A stretch of DNA of 32,000 nucleotides from Caldivirga maquilingensis IC-167 (GCF_000018305.1 NC_009954.1:930001-962000); one strand, 5' to 3'. Shown: positions 1-9,570, counted from the stretch's first letter. The notes: generated from the sequence alone by a model not told the origin. A program made the numbers and translations.

Positions 1-163
1 ACAATTACCTTACTGGACAGTATGCTACCAGTGGGTTTAACTAATGATACATGCATTATTGGTTTCAATACTAGGTTCAGTTAATGTTATTACTGACTCA
101 CGTAGGGTTATGTGGGATTAACCATTACCCTACATTCCACTAACCTTAAGGCTAAGTTTACGC

Positions 164-454
164 ATGCGTACTATGCGTGGACTCTCAAGCATAGTGGCGG
201 CACTAGTGTTATTGCTTGTATTCGCCATGGTAATTTCAATCACTGTAATCCTTATAGGACTCTTCAAATCCTATAACTACTCCTCATCAACAATATTAAG
301 CACTGGCTTAAGTGCACTTAATTGCCTTAATGATTCAAGTGTAGTTCAGTTTAATGTAAGCGGTATTGAAGTGAACTTAAGTGAACAATGCATGATAATT
401 ATAGTTAATGGGACAAGATACCTAGTGCATCCAGCTTTAGGAAGCCCTGGTTAA
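164..454 (+). CDS. small secreted/membrane protein with archaeal type IV pilin-like (class III) signal peptide
   Basis: N-terminus MRTMRG|LSSIVAALVLLLVFAMVISITVIL has a short basic leader, Gly at -1, then ~25 hydrophobic residues. This is the pattern cleaved by archaeal prepilin peptidases. The mature part carries several N-x-S/T sequons. Motif-level call only. Confidence 0.45.
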   Translation: MRTMRGLSSIVAALVLLLVFAMVISITVILIGLFKSYNYSSSTILSTGLSALNCLNDSSVVQFNVSGIEVNLSEQCMIIIVNGTRYLVHPALGSPG

Positions 455-657
455 GGATTCCCCACTTGGTTCCTGGGCTTTATGATTACGTAGAGGCCGT
501 AGATTAACACTAGTAGGAGTATTAAATCAACACCGAACGCCTCATAAGCATACCTATGCGGGTAACCACCCTTATAACCCAGGTAAGTGAATCCAAACAC
601 CACCAGCAGCATTATGAACGCTATTACCCACACCGCAAGGTCTATAGACCTCTTCAT
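451..657 (-). CDS. small two-TM membrane protein, unknown family
   Basis: 68-aa ORF with two hydrophobic helices (AVWVIAFIMLLVVFGFTYLGY and VDLILLLVLIYGLYVII). It is convergent with 164..454 and overlaps it by 4 nt at the stops. Confidence 0.35.
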   Translation of the reverse strand: MKRSIDLAVWVIAFIMLLVVFGFTYLGYKGGYPHRYAYEAFGVDLILLLVLIYGLYVIIKPRNQVGNP

Positions 658-911
658 AAACGCCCAGTTTAATCAGGGTAATTAAGCATTTTGCTGAGCA
701 GTGCTTAAGAGAATGAATCATACACCCAGGCTTAAAACTCGTTACTCAGCTCACAATTAATGGTGAGTTTTCAGTAAGGGTGTAACCATGCTTAATTCAT
801 CTTCACGGCTACCTTGCAGGCATTAGTATGAGATGCCCATAACTATGGGTAAGGTGAGGTAGTTCATAATCTGTAAGGTATTTAAACACGTAATTAATGT
901 TAATGTGACTT

Positions 912-1097
912 ATGAGTAGTGAAGGTAAGTGGGTTTGCGCAGTTTGTGGTAGTAGGGATGTTGGATTAATAATTGAGGGCAAGCTATATTGCAGTAAATG
1001 TGGTTCAAAGGTTATTAGACTTCACATGTATAGGTTCCTTAATAGGCTTAAGCAGGAAAATTTAATAGACCCAAGTGTGGAGATCCCTAAGCCATGA
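912..1097 (+). CDS. 4-Cys zinc-ribbon protein
   Basis: Two CxxC pairs (CAVCGS...CSKCGS). TATA-like TATTTAAA at 879-886 lies ~29 nt upstream of the ATG. The stop overlaps the next gene's start (ATGA at 1094-1097). Confidence 0.5.
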   Translation: MSSEGKWVCAVCGSRDVGLIIEGKLYCSKCGSKVIRLHMYRFLNRLKQENLIDPSVEIPKP

Positions 1098-1600
1098 GGC
1101 TAATAGCAGTGCTTCCATTAGTGTTGGGGATAATGCTTGGATTAGTGACTATAGCTCATGCCCAGCAGTGCCTATTAACGTTAAACACTACTTTAGGTTA
1201 TGTTAATGTAACCACTAATGCGCAATCAATAGATATACACGCATGGGGTGTAGTGGGCGTTACTAATCATACTACCTGTAGTTTCCACTACATAGTGTTC
1301 AAGTACTCATTATTGGGAATGTCATCGTTAATATACGTTCACACGTTATCAAATAATAGTGGCAGTTACGTTATTTTAAATTCCGGCATAGGTAAGCACG
1401 TGTTAATATGCCTAACCCTTAATCCAACGGTAACTAAGAATAATATCATTAAATTAACCTCAGGGGGAGGATCAATTACGGCCTATTGCTCAATTGTTGA
1501 TGAGAATTCATTAACTCAATACAGCTTACTATTAGCAGTATTAATAGGTATCGCCTTAGTTACAGTATCCTACTTCACCATTAGGAACCTTTTGAAGTAG
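1094..1600 (+). CDS. secreted, C-terminally membrane-anchored putative glycoprotein
   Basis: Signal peptide MRLIAVLPLVLGIMLGLVTIAHA|QQ. The ~115-aa domain is rich in N-x-S/T sequons (NTT, NVT, NHT, NNS). C-terminal TM helix LLLAVLIGIALVTVSYF is followed by a basic tail. Translationally coupled to the zinc-ribbon ORF. Confidence 0.55.
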   Translation: MRLIAVLPLVLGIMLGLVTIAHAQQCLLTLNTTLGYVNVTTNAQSIDIHAWGVVGVTNHTTCSFHYIVFKYSLLGMSSLIYVHTLSNNSGSYVILNSGIGKHVLICLTLNPTVTKNNIIKLTSGGGSITAYCSIVDENSLTQYSLLLAVLIGIALVTVSYFTIRNLLK

Positions 1601-2186
1601 TGTCGCTTTTAGTTAATTCAAGCATCCAGGAGACCATGAATTGAGTAACCTTATCTAATTCACTTAACCAATCACTATTAATTAGCATTAACCTAGAATT
1701 CTTAATAACCGACTTAACGGCATTAGCCTCCTCAACAGGTGCATTAGGATCATTAATACTGTAAATTAGAAGCATAGGTATGTTTAATTTAGGTAATTCA
1801 TCAATGCGGTTAATTACCCTAGGTGTTGAAACAAGCACTATACCGGAAATAGTGTTTTGCCTTGTTTGAGTTACGTAATCAAGGGCAATTCCTCCACCTT
1901 GCCCAACTCCAGCCAATATGATTCTCTTACCATTAAGGGCATTAATGATGTAGGATAATGCGGCAACCTTATTGGCTTTACTCATACTTGCTGGGGCTGA
2001 GGATAAGTCCACGTGAATTACCTTGAATCCAGCCGCCGCTGCACCTTTAATAACATTCATGAACCTATTCGCAGATGCATTAGGTGGAGGCACTATTATG
2101 AGCACTACCTCACCATCCCCGTTCTCCAAGTACCTTACCCTGTAGTTCCCCACGTTCACGTAATTTTCCGCAATCACTTGAGCCAT
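1581..2186 (-). CDS. alpha/beta-hydrolase-fold protein lacking the canonical catalytic triad
   Basis: The strand/helix pattern fits the fold. The nucleophile elbow reads IILAGVGQGGGIAL, so G-x-S-x-G has become G-V-G-Q-G. The PMLLIYSINDP acid-loop region is present. No His sits at the expected C-terminal position (LINSDWL). Confidence 0.55.
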   Translation of the reverse strand: MAQVIAENYVNVGNYRVRYLENGDGEVVLIIVPPPNASANRFMNVIKGAAAAGFKVIHVDLSSAPASMSKANKVAALSYIINALNGKRIILAGVGQGGGIALDYVTQTRQNTISGIVLVSTPRVINRIDELPKLNIPMLLIYSINDPNAPVEEANAVKSVIKNSRLMLINSDWLSELDKVTQFMVSWMLELTKSDTTSKGS

Positions 2187-2238
2187 TGTAGGCCGTGTTT
2201 TTAACCATTATTCAAATAATTCACTTAAGGGCCATTAT

Positions 2239-3816
2239 CTAAGTGTAGTGAGGGTGACTTGATCCTGTGGTCGCCATGTTTGATAGAAGCCTTACCGCAG
2301 TGCTCCTTACTTTACTTAATTCTACACCGTTCTTACTTAATTCACTTGGGTCAATGAATACGAATACGTGTGGGGTTTGCTCCCATGCATTATCAATAGC
2401 CTTTATTAAGGGGGATACTTCAGTGATGGTTATTAATGACCCATCGTTACTTCTAACGAATGTACTTATATCATTACTGAATGATGCTGTGGAGACCAGT
2501 ATCTTGCAATCACAGTTAAGGGTCTCCTTCATTTCATTAACCACCCTAGTCTTGAATTCATTAACCCAATTCAACCCATGTACCCCTACTTGTTCATCAA
2601 TGTACTTATTAAGCATTATTGCGTTACCTAGGCCGAAAATCATTATGTAATCCTCATCCCTCTTCCATAAAGCCCTCATACTAGTCCTCCTGTGTAGTAT
2701 TGAATCTGCATAATCCTTAACGTAACCATTAATCAACCCTTCATGGTAAGCTTCACTAAGCATGGCTTCTAAGTAATCATCAGTATATATGTCTAGGTCA
2801 TCTTCATTGGGGTTCCCGTTAAGGAAGTTGATTGCAGCGGTCTTGAAACCCTTAGCCTTCTCAAGCATTATTATGCTTCTGAAAACCTCCCTTAGCATTT
2901 CATCGTATTGAAGAACCTTATGATGCATGTAAACCCACTTATATAGATTATACCTGGCTATTGCGTAACCCTCCAGGAATGCCTTTGCTTTATCATCAAA
3001 TATAAGAATCCCCCTGCCTAAATGCAGGTAATTAACTAGCCTTGCAATATCAATTGCCCCACTCCCAGACCCAGCACCAGTGAAGTAAAGATCCCTAAGC
3101 GTATAATCAAGCCTATCAGCATCTATACCCCCTGAAACTATTGAAGCAAGGGATTCCAGGAGCATGGTCTCATCATCACTCATATTGCTTAGCAATTTAA
3201 CTTCAGGTATACTTGCCTCTAAGTTAACTGAACCGTATTGGGTGATTAATCTTACTCTTTTAATTAACCTATAGAATGTTATTACCCTAAGGATGCCTGC
3301 ATCAATACCTAGGCTACTAATTATTCTCCTGAATTTACCTGAACCCATTATCATTAACCCAGCTACCTCATGTTCCTTCCCCAACCCTGCAGTGTAAAGT
3401 ACCTGATTAGGCTTAACTAATGATGATACGTAGCCATCTAGGACGTGGGATAAGGGTGGGTGACCAATGTCGTGATGCAGTCCACTTAACCTAACATACT
3501 GCCTTATGGCGCTGACTCCCTCATCATGAAGCCCAAGCGCATCCATTAAGGATCTAAGACTCTGCTCATTAGCTTCACTCAGCACCCTTTCCACCATTAA
3601 TGTGGCTAAGTACATCGTGCCTAAACTATGCTCAAACCTACTCCCCCTAGCTGATGGGTAAACGTAATGAGCTAAACCATCCTGCGTTATTCTCCTAAGC
3701 CTCTGCACAAAGACATCATCATCCAGTAGCCTAGCCTCATCAATACTTAACCTAATCCAGCCATGTATAGGATCCCTAAGCTCCTTCCACGACACTGATT
3801 TAATACCTCCCTTCAA
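2239..3816 (-). CDS. HD-domain phosphohydrolase, COG1078 / SAMHD1-like dNTP triphosphohydrolase family
   Basis: Family motifs: DPIHGWIRL, FVQRLRRITQ, SRFEHSLGTMYLA, HHDIGHPPLSH and DADRLDYTLRD. The true start is probably the GTG at 3795 (MSWKELRDPIHG), because TTTATAAAAA (3818-3827, minus strand) lies ~27 nt upstream of it. Confidence 0.85.
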   Translation of the reverse strand: MKGGIKSVSWKELRDPIHGWIRLSIDEARLLDDDVFVQRLRRITQDGLAHYVYPSARGSRFEHSLGTMYLATLMVERVLSEANEQSLRSLMDALGLHDEGVSAIRQYVRLSGLHHDIGHPPLSHVLDGYVSSLVKPNQVLYTAGLGKEHEVAGLMIMGSGKFRRIISSLGIDAGILRVITFYRLIKRVRLITQYGSVNLEASIPEVKLLSNMSDDETMLLESLASIVSGGIDADRLDYTLRDLYFTGAGSGSGAIDIARLVNYLHLGRGILIFDDKAKAFLEGYAIARYNLYKWVYMHHKVLQYDEMLREVFRSIIMLEKAKGFKTAAINFLNGNPNEDDLDIYTDDYLEAMLSEAYHEGLINGYVKDYADSILHRRTSMRALWKRDEDYIMIFGLGNAIMLNKYIDEQVGVHGLNWVNEFKTRVVNEMKETLNCDCKILVSTASFSNDISTFVRSNDGSLITITEVSPLIKAIDNAWEQTPHVFVFIDPSELSKNGVELSKVRSTAVRLLSNMATTGSSHPHYT

Positions 3817-3817
3817 A

Positions 3818-3827
3818 TTTTTATAAA
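3818..3827 (-). promoter_or_regulatory. TATA box for the HD-domain gene
   Basis: The minus strand reads TTTATAAAAA, centred ~27 nt upstream of the in-frame GTG at 3795. That spacing is typical of leaderless crenarchaeal transcripts. Confidence 0.45.
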
Positions 3828-4013
3828 CCGTACCTAAAAGTTACATTACTATTTAACGCACTCCTCATGGCTTTTAGCTGTAGTCTCAGGGTTACTGAGA
3901 GTTACGTGAAATTAATGCTTAATCACGTACTGGAAGATTATATAGGGTTGTAGTTAAGGATCGGTGTGAATAATTGTAAATTATGGGCACTTGGCAATCG
4001 ATGCAACCTTTAA

Positions 4014-5195
4014 ATGAGCTGGATACGTAAGGGTATTGTGAAGATTGGTTTAATTGGTGCTGGTCCAAGTAACCTTTTCCTAGCTTGGCTGCTTAGGAAT
4101 GAGGCTGATTTTCACTTAATTGAGGAGGATAAGAGGCTTGGGTTACCGTTGCATTGCACCGGCTTGGTTAGTGAGAGGATGGCTATTGCATTGGGGATAA
4201 GTAGGAGGGTGTTTGATAATTACTATGATAAATTAACGGTAACAACTAATCCATATTCAAGCGGGGTTTTACTTAGGTTCACTAATAGTAGGGTCACCAT
4301 GTTGAATAGACCGGGGCTTGAGGAGTACCTGTATGGTGAGGCATCATTGAAGATGGAGCATATGGGGGTAAGGGCCATTGATGTTAATCATAAGGGTGTA
4401 GTTAAGGGTAGTGGTGGATTTGAGGATTCATTTGACCTAGTAGTTATCGGTGAGGGTGCCAGGAATGTGTTGAGTAGGCGGGTGCTTGGTAACAGGCTGG
4501 TTACGGTTAGTGGGATTCAGGTTGATGGTTATTCACCTTACTTAAGGAACATGGTTAACGATGATCATCACATTATTGTACTTTTTAATGAAGGCTATAG
4601 CAGCAGGTTCTTCACATGGATAGTACCGAAGGGTAATGGGGAGTTCAGGATTGGTGTTGTTGATGATACTAATGTTGTTGGTTTAAGGTTTAGGAGGATA
4701 ATTAACCAATTTAGAGTAACACCCAGGAGGGTTTTCGGTGGGAGGATTGTGCTTGGTTCACTTAACGTTAATTACGGATACAAATCAGTGGTGGCTGTGG
4801 GGGATTCAACAGGCGTTACCAAGGCATTAACCGGTGGAGGGATTATAACAGGTATGTTAACTTCCCTAATATTAGCCAGGGTGATTCATGAATCAGACAC
4901 CAATGTTCCTGAGCGTTACAGTAGTATGCTTAATGGTACGTTAGGTAGGTTAGCTAAAGTGTACTCAATCTTATCCAGTATACTTTACAATAACATTAAG
5001 TTAATTGAAATGGCGTTGAGGGAGGTTAATGGAAGTCACGTGGAGGTTAAGGTACCTGACTACGATAACCACATGGATGCGTTAATTAGACTCCTCATGA
5101 CTAATCCTAAAATAGGCTTAAAGGTTATTAAGTATGCCCCATTAATCAACATGGGTGGGTTCACTCTACGTGATGTAATCAGCGCGTTACTTTAA
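4014..5195 (+). CDS. FAD-dependent oxidoreductase, geranylgeranyl-reductase-like family
   Basis: N-terminal Rossmann motif KIGLIGAGPSNLFLAWLL..IEED. Also an HCTGLVS segment and a late VGDSTGVTKALTGGGI motif, matching the GDAAG..P.tGeGI signature of this family. Confidence 0.65.
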   Translation: MSWIRKGIVKIGLIGAGPSNLFLAWLLRNEADFHLIEEDKRLGLPLHCTGLVSERMAIALGISRRVFDNYYDKLTVTTNPYSSGVLLRFTNSRVTMLNRPGLEEYLYGEASLKMEHMGVRAIDVNHKGVVKGSGGFEDSFDLVVIGEGARNVLSRRVLGNRLVTVSGIQVDGYSPYLRNMVNDDHHIIVLFNEGYSSRFFTWIVPKGNGEFRIGVVDDTNVVGLRFRRIINQFRVTPRRVFGGRIVLGSLNVNYGYKSVVAVGDSTGVTKALTGGGIITGMLTSLILARVIHESDTNVPERYSSMLNGTLGRLAKVYSILSSILYNNIKLIEMALREVNGSHVEVKVPDYDNHMDALIRLLMTNPKIGLKVIKYAPLINMGGFTLRDVISALL

Positions 5196-6306
5196 TCATA
5201 CTGCTCATATCGCTGAGCAACTTGGCTCCTTCACCATTACTGAACCATTTCCAATAAGGCTCCAGGAATTTAACAGCCTCCTCAATAACCGCGTTCTTAA
5301 GATCCAGTGGGTGAATCTTCCCCTCGACGTAATCCTTGGTTAACTCATCGAATGTCCAATACTCCACTGGGCCACCGTACTCACTGGGTCTTTTTACAGT
5401 GAATGGGCTTCTCCTAGGTTCCCTGAAGGAGAATAACTTAGCTAGTTCAATCACGGGATTATTCTCAGTCATCTTAGGTGGGCAGTAGGCGTTCTTAATC
5501 TTCCGGGCTACATCATCAGGTGAATCGTGTAGGAATATGGCGGTTTCAGGCCTCGACTTACTCATCTTAGTCTCCGATAAATCAAGCCTACTCTCCTTAC
5601 CAGTCATGGTTAATGAAGGTATTAAGTGATGCAGTAGAATTATGGGTTTCACAACCCTTCCCCCAAGGGTCAGTGGCATTAATTTAACCTTGTCGTAAAC
5701 ATCCCTAGCTAGGACATAGACCTTCCTTTGATCCACACCACCATGCGCAATGTGGGTTCCCAAGGCGTATACATCAATAACCTGCATTAACGGGTATATT
5801 AACCAAGACATCTTAGCTGAATTAGTGAATGTCCTACCCATTATGGTTAAACTATGCCTAACGTCAGATAATGATACTTGCCTAGCCAGGTCAAGGACCT
5901 GAACCCAGTATTCACGCTTCTCCTCAGTAAGATTAGATGCAAGTATGAAGTCCACTGAATCCGGGTCACCGCCAAGTACACTAATGGACTTCCTCAACGT
6001 CTCCTTAAAGTAAGTCACAGCCACTTTCCTAATAACCTCTAGGTCACCGCCCAGTTTATGGTTCAGCCAGGAATGTAAATCAGCCAGTAGGATGGATACC
6101 TTAACCCCAGCCTTCTGTAAGTCAACCAACTTATACATACTCACCACCCCAGTGCCTATGTGAATGTAGCCTGATATCTCAAAGCCTATGTAATGCTTAA
6201 GGGTTTCACCGGTCTCAAAGTAACTCCTCAACTCCTCCACTGTCAATAACTCCTCAGTGGGGTACTTTAGGGCTAGGTTAACCTTATCCTCAACATCCAT
6301 CACCAA
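5179..6306 (-). CDS. tyrS: tyrosyl-tRNA synthetase (archaeal type)
   Basis: Collinear with archaeal TyrRS as I recall it: YIGFEISGYIHIGTG, LLADLHSWLN, IYPLMQVIDV, GGVDQRKVYVLARD, KMSKS, KIKNAYCPP..NNPVIELAKLF and HPLDLKNAV. The HIGH signature reads HIGT. Confidence 0.85.
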   Translation of the reverse strand: MVMDVEDKVNLALKYPTEELLTVEELRSYFETGETLKHYIGFEISGYIHIGTGVVSMYKLVDLQKAGVKVSILLADLHSWLNHKLGGDLEVIRKVAVTYFKETLRKSISVLGGDPDSVDFILASNLTEEKREYWVQVLDLARQVSLSDVRHSLTIMGRTFTNSAKMSWLIYPLMQVIDVYALGTHIAHGGVDQRKVYVLARDVYDKVKLMPLTLGGRVVKPIILLHHLIPSLTMTGKESRLDLSETKMSKSRPETAIFLHDSPDDVARKIKNAYCPPKMTENNPVIELAKLFSFREPRRSPFTVKRPSEYGGPVEYWTFDELTKDYVEGKIHPLDLKNAVIEEAVKFLEPYWKWFSNGEGAKLLSDMSSMIKVTR

Positions 6307-6458
6307 GTAACCAACCTAAGCTTAATAAGGATTTTAGTCGTAACCATGATGCACCCCTTCATCACGGTGGAATAAACCAGGTGAGGCGTTTAATTCCAGG
6401 ATTAATGCATCGGAACTATGGTTTCCAACAAACCTAATGATAACCTGCTGAAGCTAAC

Positions 6459-6466
6459 TATTTAAA
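6459..6466 (+). promoter_or_regulatory. TATA box upstream of aIF5A, followed by an SD-like GGTGAGG
   Basis: TATTTAAA lies ~37 nt upstream of the TTG start at 6500. GGTGAGG at 6489-6495 sits 5 nt upstream of the start. Confidence 0.35.
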
Positions 6467-6499
6467 TGCTTGACTAAGGGGGTATGTTGGTGAGGTTAC

Positions 6500-6898
6500 T
6501 TGTCGACTAGGACTGCTTCTGCAGGAGACATTAAGGAAGGCTCATACATCATGATAGATAACATGCCCTGTAGGGTTGTTGAGGTTGAGAAGAGTAAGAC
6601 TGGTAAGCATGGTAGTGCTAAGGCTAGGATTGTGGGTATTGGTGTTATTGATGGTGTTAAGAGAACCATAGTAGTCCCAACGGACGCGGCCGTTGAGGTT
6701 CCCGTCATTGAGAAATTCACTGCTCAAGTAATATCAATTAGCGGTGATAGTGTTCAATTAATGGATCTTAGGAATTACCAAACCTTTGAAATACCAAGTA
6801 GTTACATTGAGGATGAGGCGAAGGGCAAGCTTGAGCCAGGGGTTCAAGTTGAGGTTTGGGACGTGGCAGGGTATAAGAAAATAATGAGAACTAGGTGA
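6500..6898 (+). CDS. eif5a: translation initiation factor 5A (aIF5A)
   Basis: Hypusination loop [34 protein letters not shown], and a C-terminal OB-like part ([15 protein letters not shown]). The only open in-frame start is the TTG at 6500, as a stop lies 3 codons upstream. Confidence 0.9.
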   Translation: MSTRTASAGDIKEGSYIMIDNMPCRVVEVEKSKTGKHGSAKARIVGIGVIDGVKRTIVVPTDAAVEVPVIEKFTAQVISISGDSVQLMDLRNYQTFEIPSSYIEDEAKGKLEPGVQVEVWDVAGYKKIMRTR

Positions 6899-7117
6899 AC
6901 TCACTTAAAAGCCGACTCCACGCTCTTAATCTAGTGATGGTTTATTAGGCGTAGTTTACTTCACTTAAGATGCCTAGGTTAATGCATCCTCATGATTAGT
7001 TAAATTAGCTTCAGTATTATGGTGGTTTATAGTAATGGAGGCATGAGGTTAGGTTTATAAACTCTATAGTTACCTTGGCATGGTGGGATCATCCCAGCAT
7101 CCCCCGTTTTAGAGCTT

Positions 7118-7891
7118 GTGGATATTTCATTCAGTTATAGGACTGAGAGGGGTCCCCTTCAGGTTCTTAGGGATGTCTCCTTCGCTGTTTATGAGAAGCA
7201 GTACGTATCCATAGTGGCACCCACGGGTACTGGTAAGACAACACTTCTAAGGATTATAGCTGGGTTGAGGAAGCCGGATACAGGTAAGGTAATACTAATG
7301 GGTGAGGAGGTTAAGGGTCCAACGCCTAAGATCTCAATGATATTCCAGGACTTCGCATTATTCCCATGGTTAACGGCCTTGGAGAACGTGGAGATAGCCC
7401 TGCTTCATAAGAAGCTTAGTAAGGAGGATAGGGTTAAGTTAGCTAGAAAATACCTGGAATTAGTTGGATTGGGTGGTTTTGAGAATTATTACCCAAGGGA
7501 GTTGAGTGGTGGAATGAAGCAGAGGGTTGCCATTGCAAGGGCCTTAGCTGCTCAGCCCATTCTCCTACTCATGGATGAGCCCTTCGCTAACCTTGATGCC
7601 ATAACCGCTGAGGGTCTTAAAAGTGAAATATACAACATGGTTTTTAATGAGGAGTCAACAGTTAAGGCAATAGTGATGGTTAGCCACAATCTCAGTGAGG
7701 TAATTGAACTTAGTGATAGGGTTATTGTGCTTGGTGGTAGGCCTGCAACTGTGATTGCGGATATAAGTATTGACTTACCTAGACCTAGGTCACCCAGGGA
7801 TAAGGAGTTTCAGGAGTACTTGGATATGCTTTACAGTGAAATATCAAAATCCATGGAGCTCACCACTGCGGTTAAGGTGAATAGTAAATGA
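7118..7891 (+). CDS. ABC transporter ATP-binding protein (nitrate/sulfonate/taurine-type)
   Basis: Walker [11 protein letters not shown]-loop IFQD, signature [15 protein letters not shown], Walker B LLLMDEPF and H-loop VSHN. ATGA overlap with the permease gene. Confidence 0.85.
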   Translation: MDISFSYRTERGPLQVLRDVSFAVYEKQYVSIVAPTGTGKTTLLRIIAGLRKPDTGKVILMGEEVKGPTPKISMIFQDFALFPWLTALENVEIALLHKKLSKEDRVKLARKYLELVGLGGFENYYPRELSGGMKQRVAIARALAAQPILLLMDEPFANLDAITAEGLKSEIYNMVFNEESTVKAIVMVSHNLSEVIELSDRVIVLGGRPATVIADISIDLPRPRSPRDKEFQEYLDMLYSEISKSMELTTAVKVNSK

Positions 7892-9549
7892 ACACTTTAA
7901 GCATAGTCATCACATCACTATTAGCTACTCTCGCAACATTCACTAGGGTTGCAGTAACAATACTCGCCTCTATAGTAACCGGTTGGTTCCTTGGATATGC
8001 TGCAGCTAAGAATGGCTTAGTGGAGAGGGTGTTCCTGTCAGTAACCCAGACGCTGGAGGCTGTTCCAGTGATAACGTTCTTCCCAATAGTCCTAGTGTTC
8101 TTCATAAGCAGTATAAGGGGTTACCTTGGCGTTGAGTTAGCCGTTGACTTCCTGGTCTTCACCGCAGTGGTCTGGAATATTTGGGTTGGGGAGTATGAGT
8201 CAATTAAGACTGTTTCCCAGTCCCTTGAGGATGTGGCTAACATGTATAAGTTATCATTCATAGCTAAATTCAGTAAACTATACATACCAGTCACAATACC
8301 TCGAGTGGCTGGAAACGTCCTGGTAAGTTTCGCTGATGGATTATTCTACATAACTGTCAGTGAGGTTATTGCATTAGGCACCAAGAGTTACCACGTGTTC
8401 GGTATAGGTTCATTAATATTCAGTTGGGTTAATGTAGGAATGTGGTTTAATGCAATAATAGCGTTAATAGTATTAGTAATTATGGTTACAATCGTAGTCT
8501 TTGGTGTACTTAGGCCATTTGTTAATTGGGCTGTTAAGTATAGTTACGACCCCTATGCTGAGGTAATGAGGACTGGGGTAAGGAGGCAAACACCCAGTAG
8601 AATTAGAGCTTCATTGGCTAGGAACGTGAGGTACCTTAGGAGGATAACGGCTGCGGAGAGGGCTTTAATACCTGCTTTCGTTAGGGCAACAAGCTACGCA
8701 GTGTACCATAGATTAACTGTGAGGCCAAGGCCAATTAACGTATTAACAAGGTTTGATAAGTATGTTGCAGCAGGTATTGGTTCACTGCTGCTTGCTTTAA
8801 TAGCCTATAGTGTTTACTCATCGTGGAGCACCACATGGTTACCAATAATGATTAATATCTATGATAATTGGGAAGTATACTTGTATTACCTTGGGTTGGA
8901 TTGGCTTAGAATATTACTGGTAACGGTATCCGCAATATTAATTGCCATTCCAATAAACTACCTAATGGTAACTAGACCTAAATTAGAGGCAGTGTTATTA
9001 CCGATTCTAGAGGACTTAGCCTCAATCCCAGTCTCAGCATACCTACCCCTAGTGGCAATACCCTTCGTAACGTACTTAGCCATCAGGCTTGGTTTAAGAA
9101 TATCACTGGAGATTTTAGTATTCATTGTGGCATTCCTCAGTACGGCTTGGTACGTCATATACAATATGTATGTGGGAATGAAGACAATACCGCGAAGCCT
9201 ATGGGATGTGGCTAATAACTTAAATTTATCATCATGGTATAAGTTAACTAAGCTAGCCATCCCAGGCGCCATGCCAGCAACCATAACAGGACTAGCCAGC
9301 ACAGTGGGTTCAACCTGGGGCGGCCTTGAGATTGCTGAGTATTTTCAAGGTATTAACGGTAAGGTTTACATGGTTCACGGGTACACAGCCCTAATGGACT
9401 ACTACACGGCTACAGGTAACCTAATTGGGCTGGAGGCTATGAGCCTAATACTTGCAATCAACGTCATCCTACTGAGTGTATTCCTATGGAGGAGCCTATT
9501 CACCATGGCTAGGCAAAGGTACCGTATGGAGGGCGCCATATCAATGTAA
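7888..9549 (+). CDS. ABC transporter permease, tandem-fused double domain
   Basis: Two polytopic halves each carry an EAA-like loop ([27 protein letters not shown] and [27 protein letters not shown]). An Arg-rich ~80-aa linker joins them. Confidence 0.75.
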   Translation: MNTLSIVITSLLATLATFTRVAVTILASIVTGWFLGYAAAKNGLVERVFLSVTQTLEAVPVITFFPIVLVFFISSIRGYLGVELAVDFLVFTAVVWNIWVGEYESIKTVSQSLEDVANMYKLSFIAKFSKLYIPVTIPRVAGNVLVSFADGLFYITVSEVIALGTKSYHVFGIGSLIFSWVNVGMWFNAIIALIVLVIMVTIVVFGVLRPFVNWAVKYSYDPYAEVMRTGVRRQTPSRIRASLARNVRYLRRITAAERALIPAFVRATSYAVYHRLTVRPRPINVLTRFDKYVAAGIGSLLLALIAYSVYSSWSTTWLPIMINIYDNWEVYLYYLGLDWLRILLVTVSAILIAIPINYLMVTRPKLEAVLLPILEDLASIPVSAYLPLVAIPFVTYLAIRLGLRISLEILVFIVAFLSTAWYVIYNMYVGMKTIPRSLWDVANNLNLSSWYKLTKLAIPGAMPATITGLASTVGSTWGGLEIAEYFQGINGKVYMVHGYTALMDYYTATGNLIGLEAMSLILAINVILLSVFLWRSLFTMARQRYRMEGAISM

Positions 9550-9570
9550 TAACATCACAATGACATTGTA

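Noticed and set aside
1-84. Open reading frame entering from the left edge (…TITLLDSMLPVGLTNDTCIIGFNTRFS*)
   Set aside because: Only 27 codons are visible and none is diagnostic. It is plausibly the C-terminus of an upstream gene but cannot be supported as a feature.
661-911. Possible C/D-box sRNA or structured ncRNA in the 255-nt spacer (GCTGAG...CTCAGC inverted repeat, AATGAATCA, CTGA)
   Set aside because: On neither strand is there a proper RUGAUGA C box paired with a 3' CUGA D box at 50-70 nt spacing. The stem is only 6 bp with a ~45-nt loop.
6340-6455. ATGATGC ... AATGATAACCTGCTGAAGC, resembling C and C'/D boxes upstream of aIF5A
   Set aside because: The elements are more than 100 nt apart. 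The first lacks the terminal A of the C box, and no terminal stem or D' box is evident.
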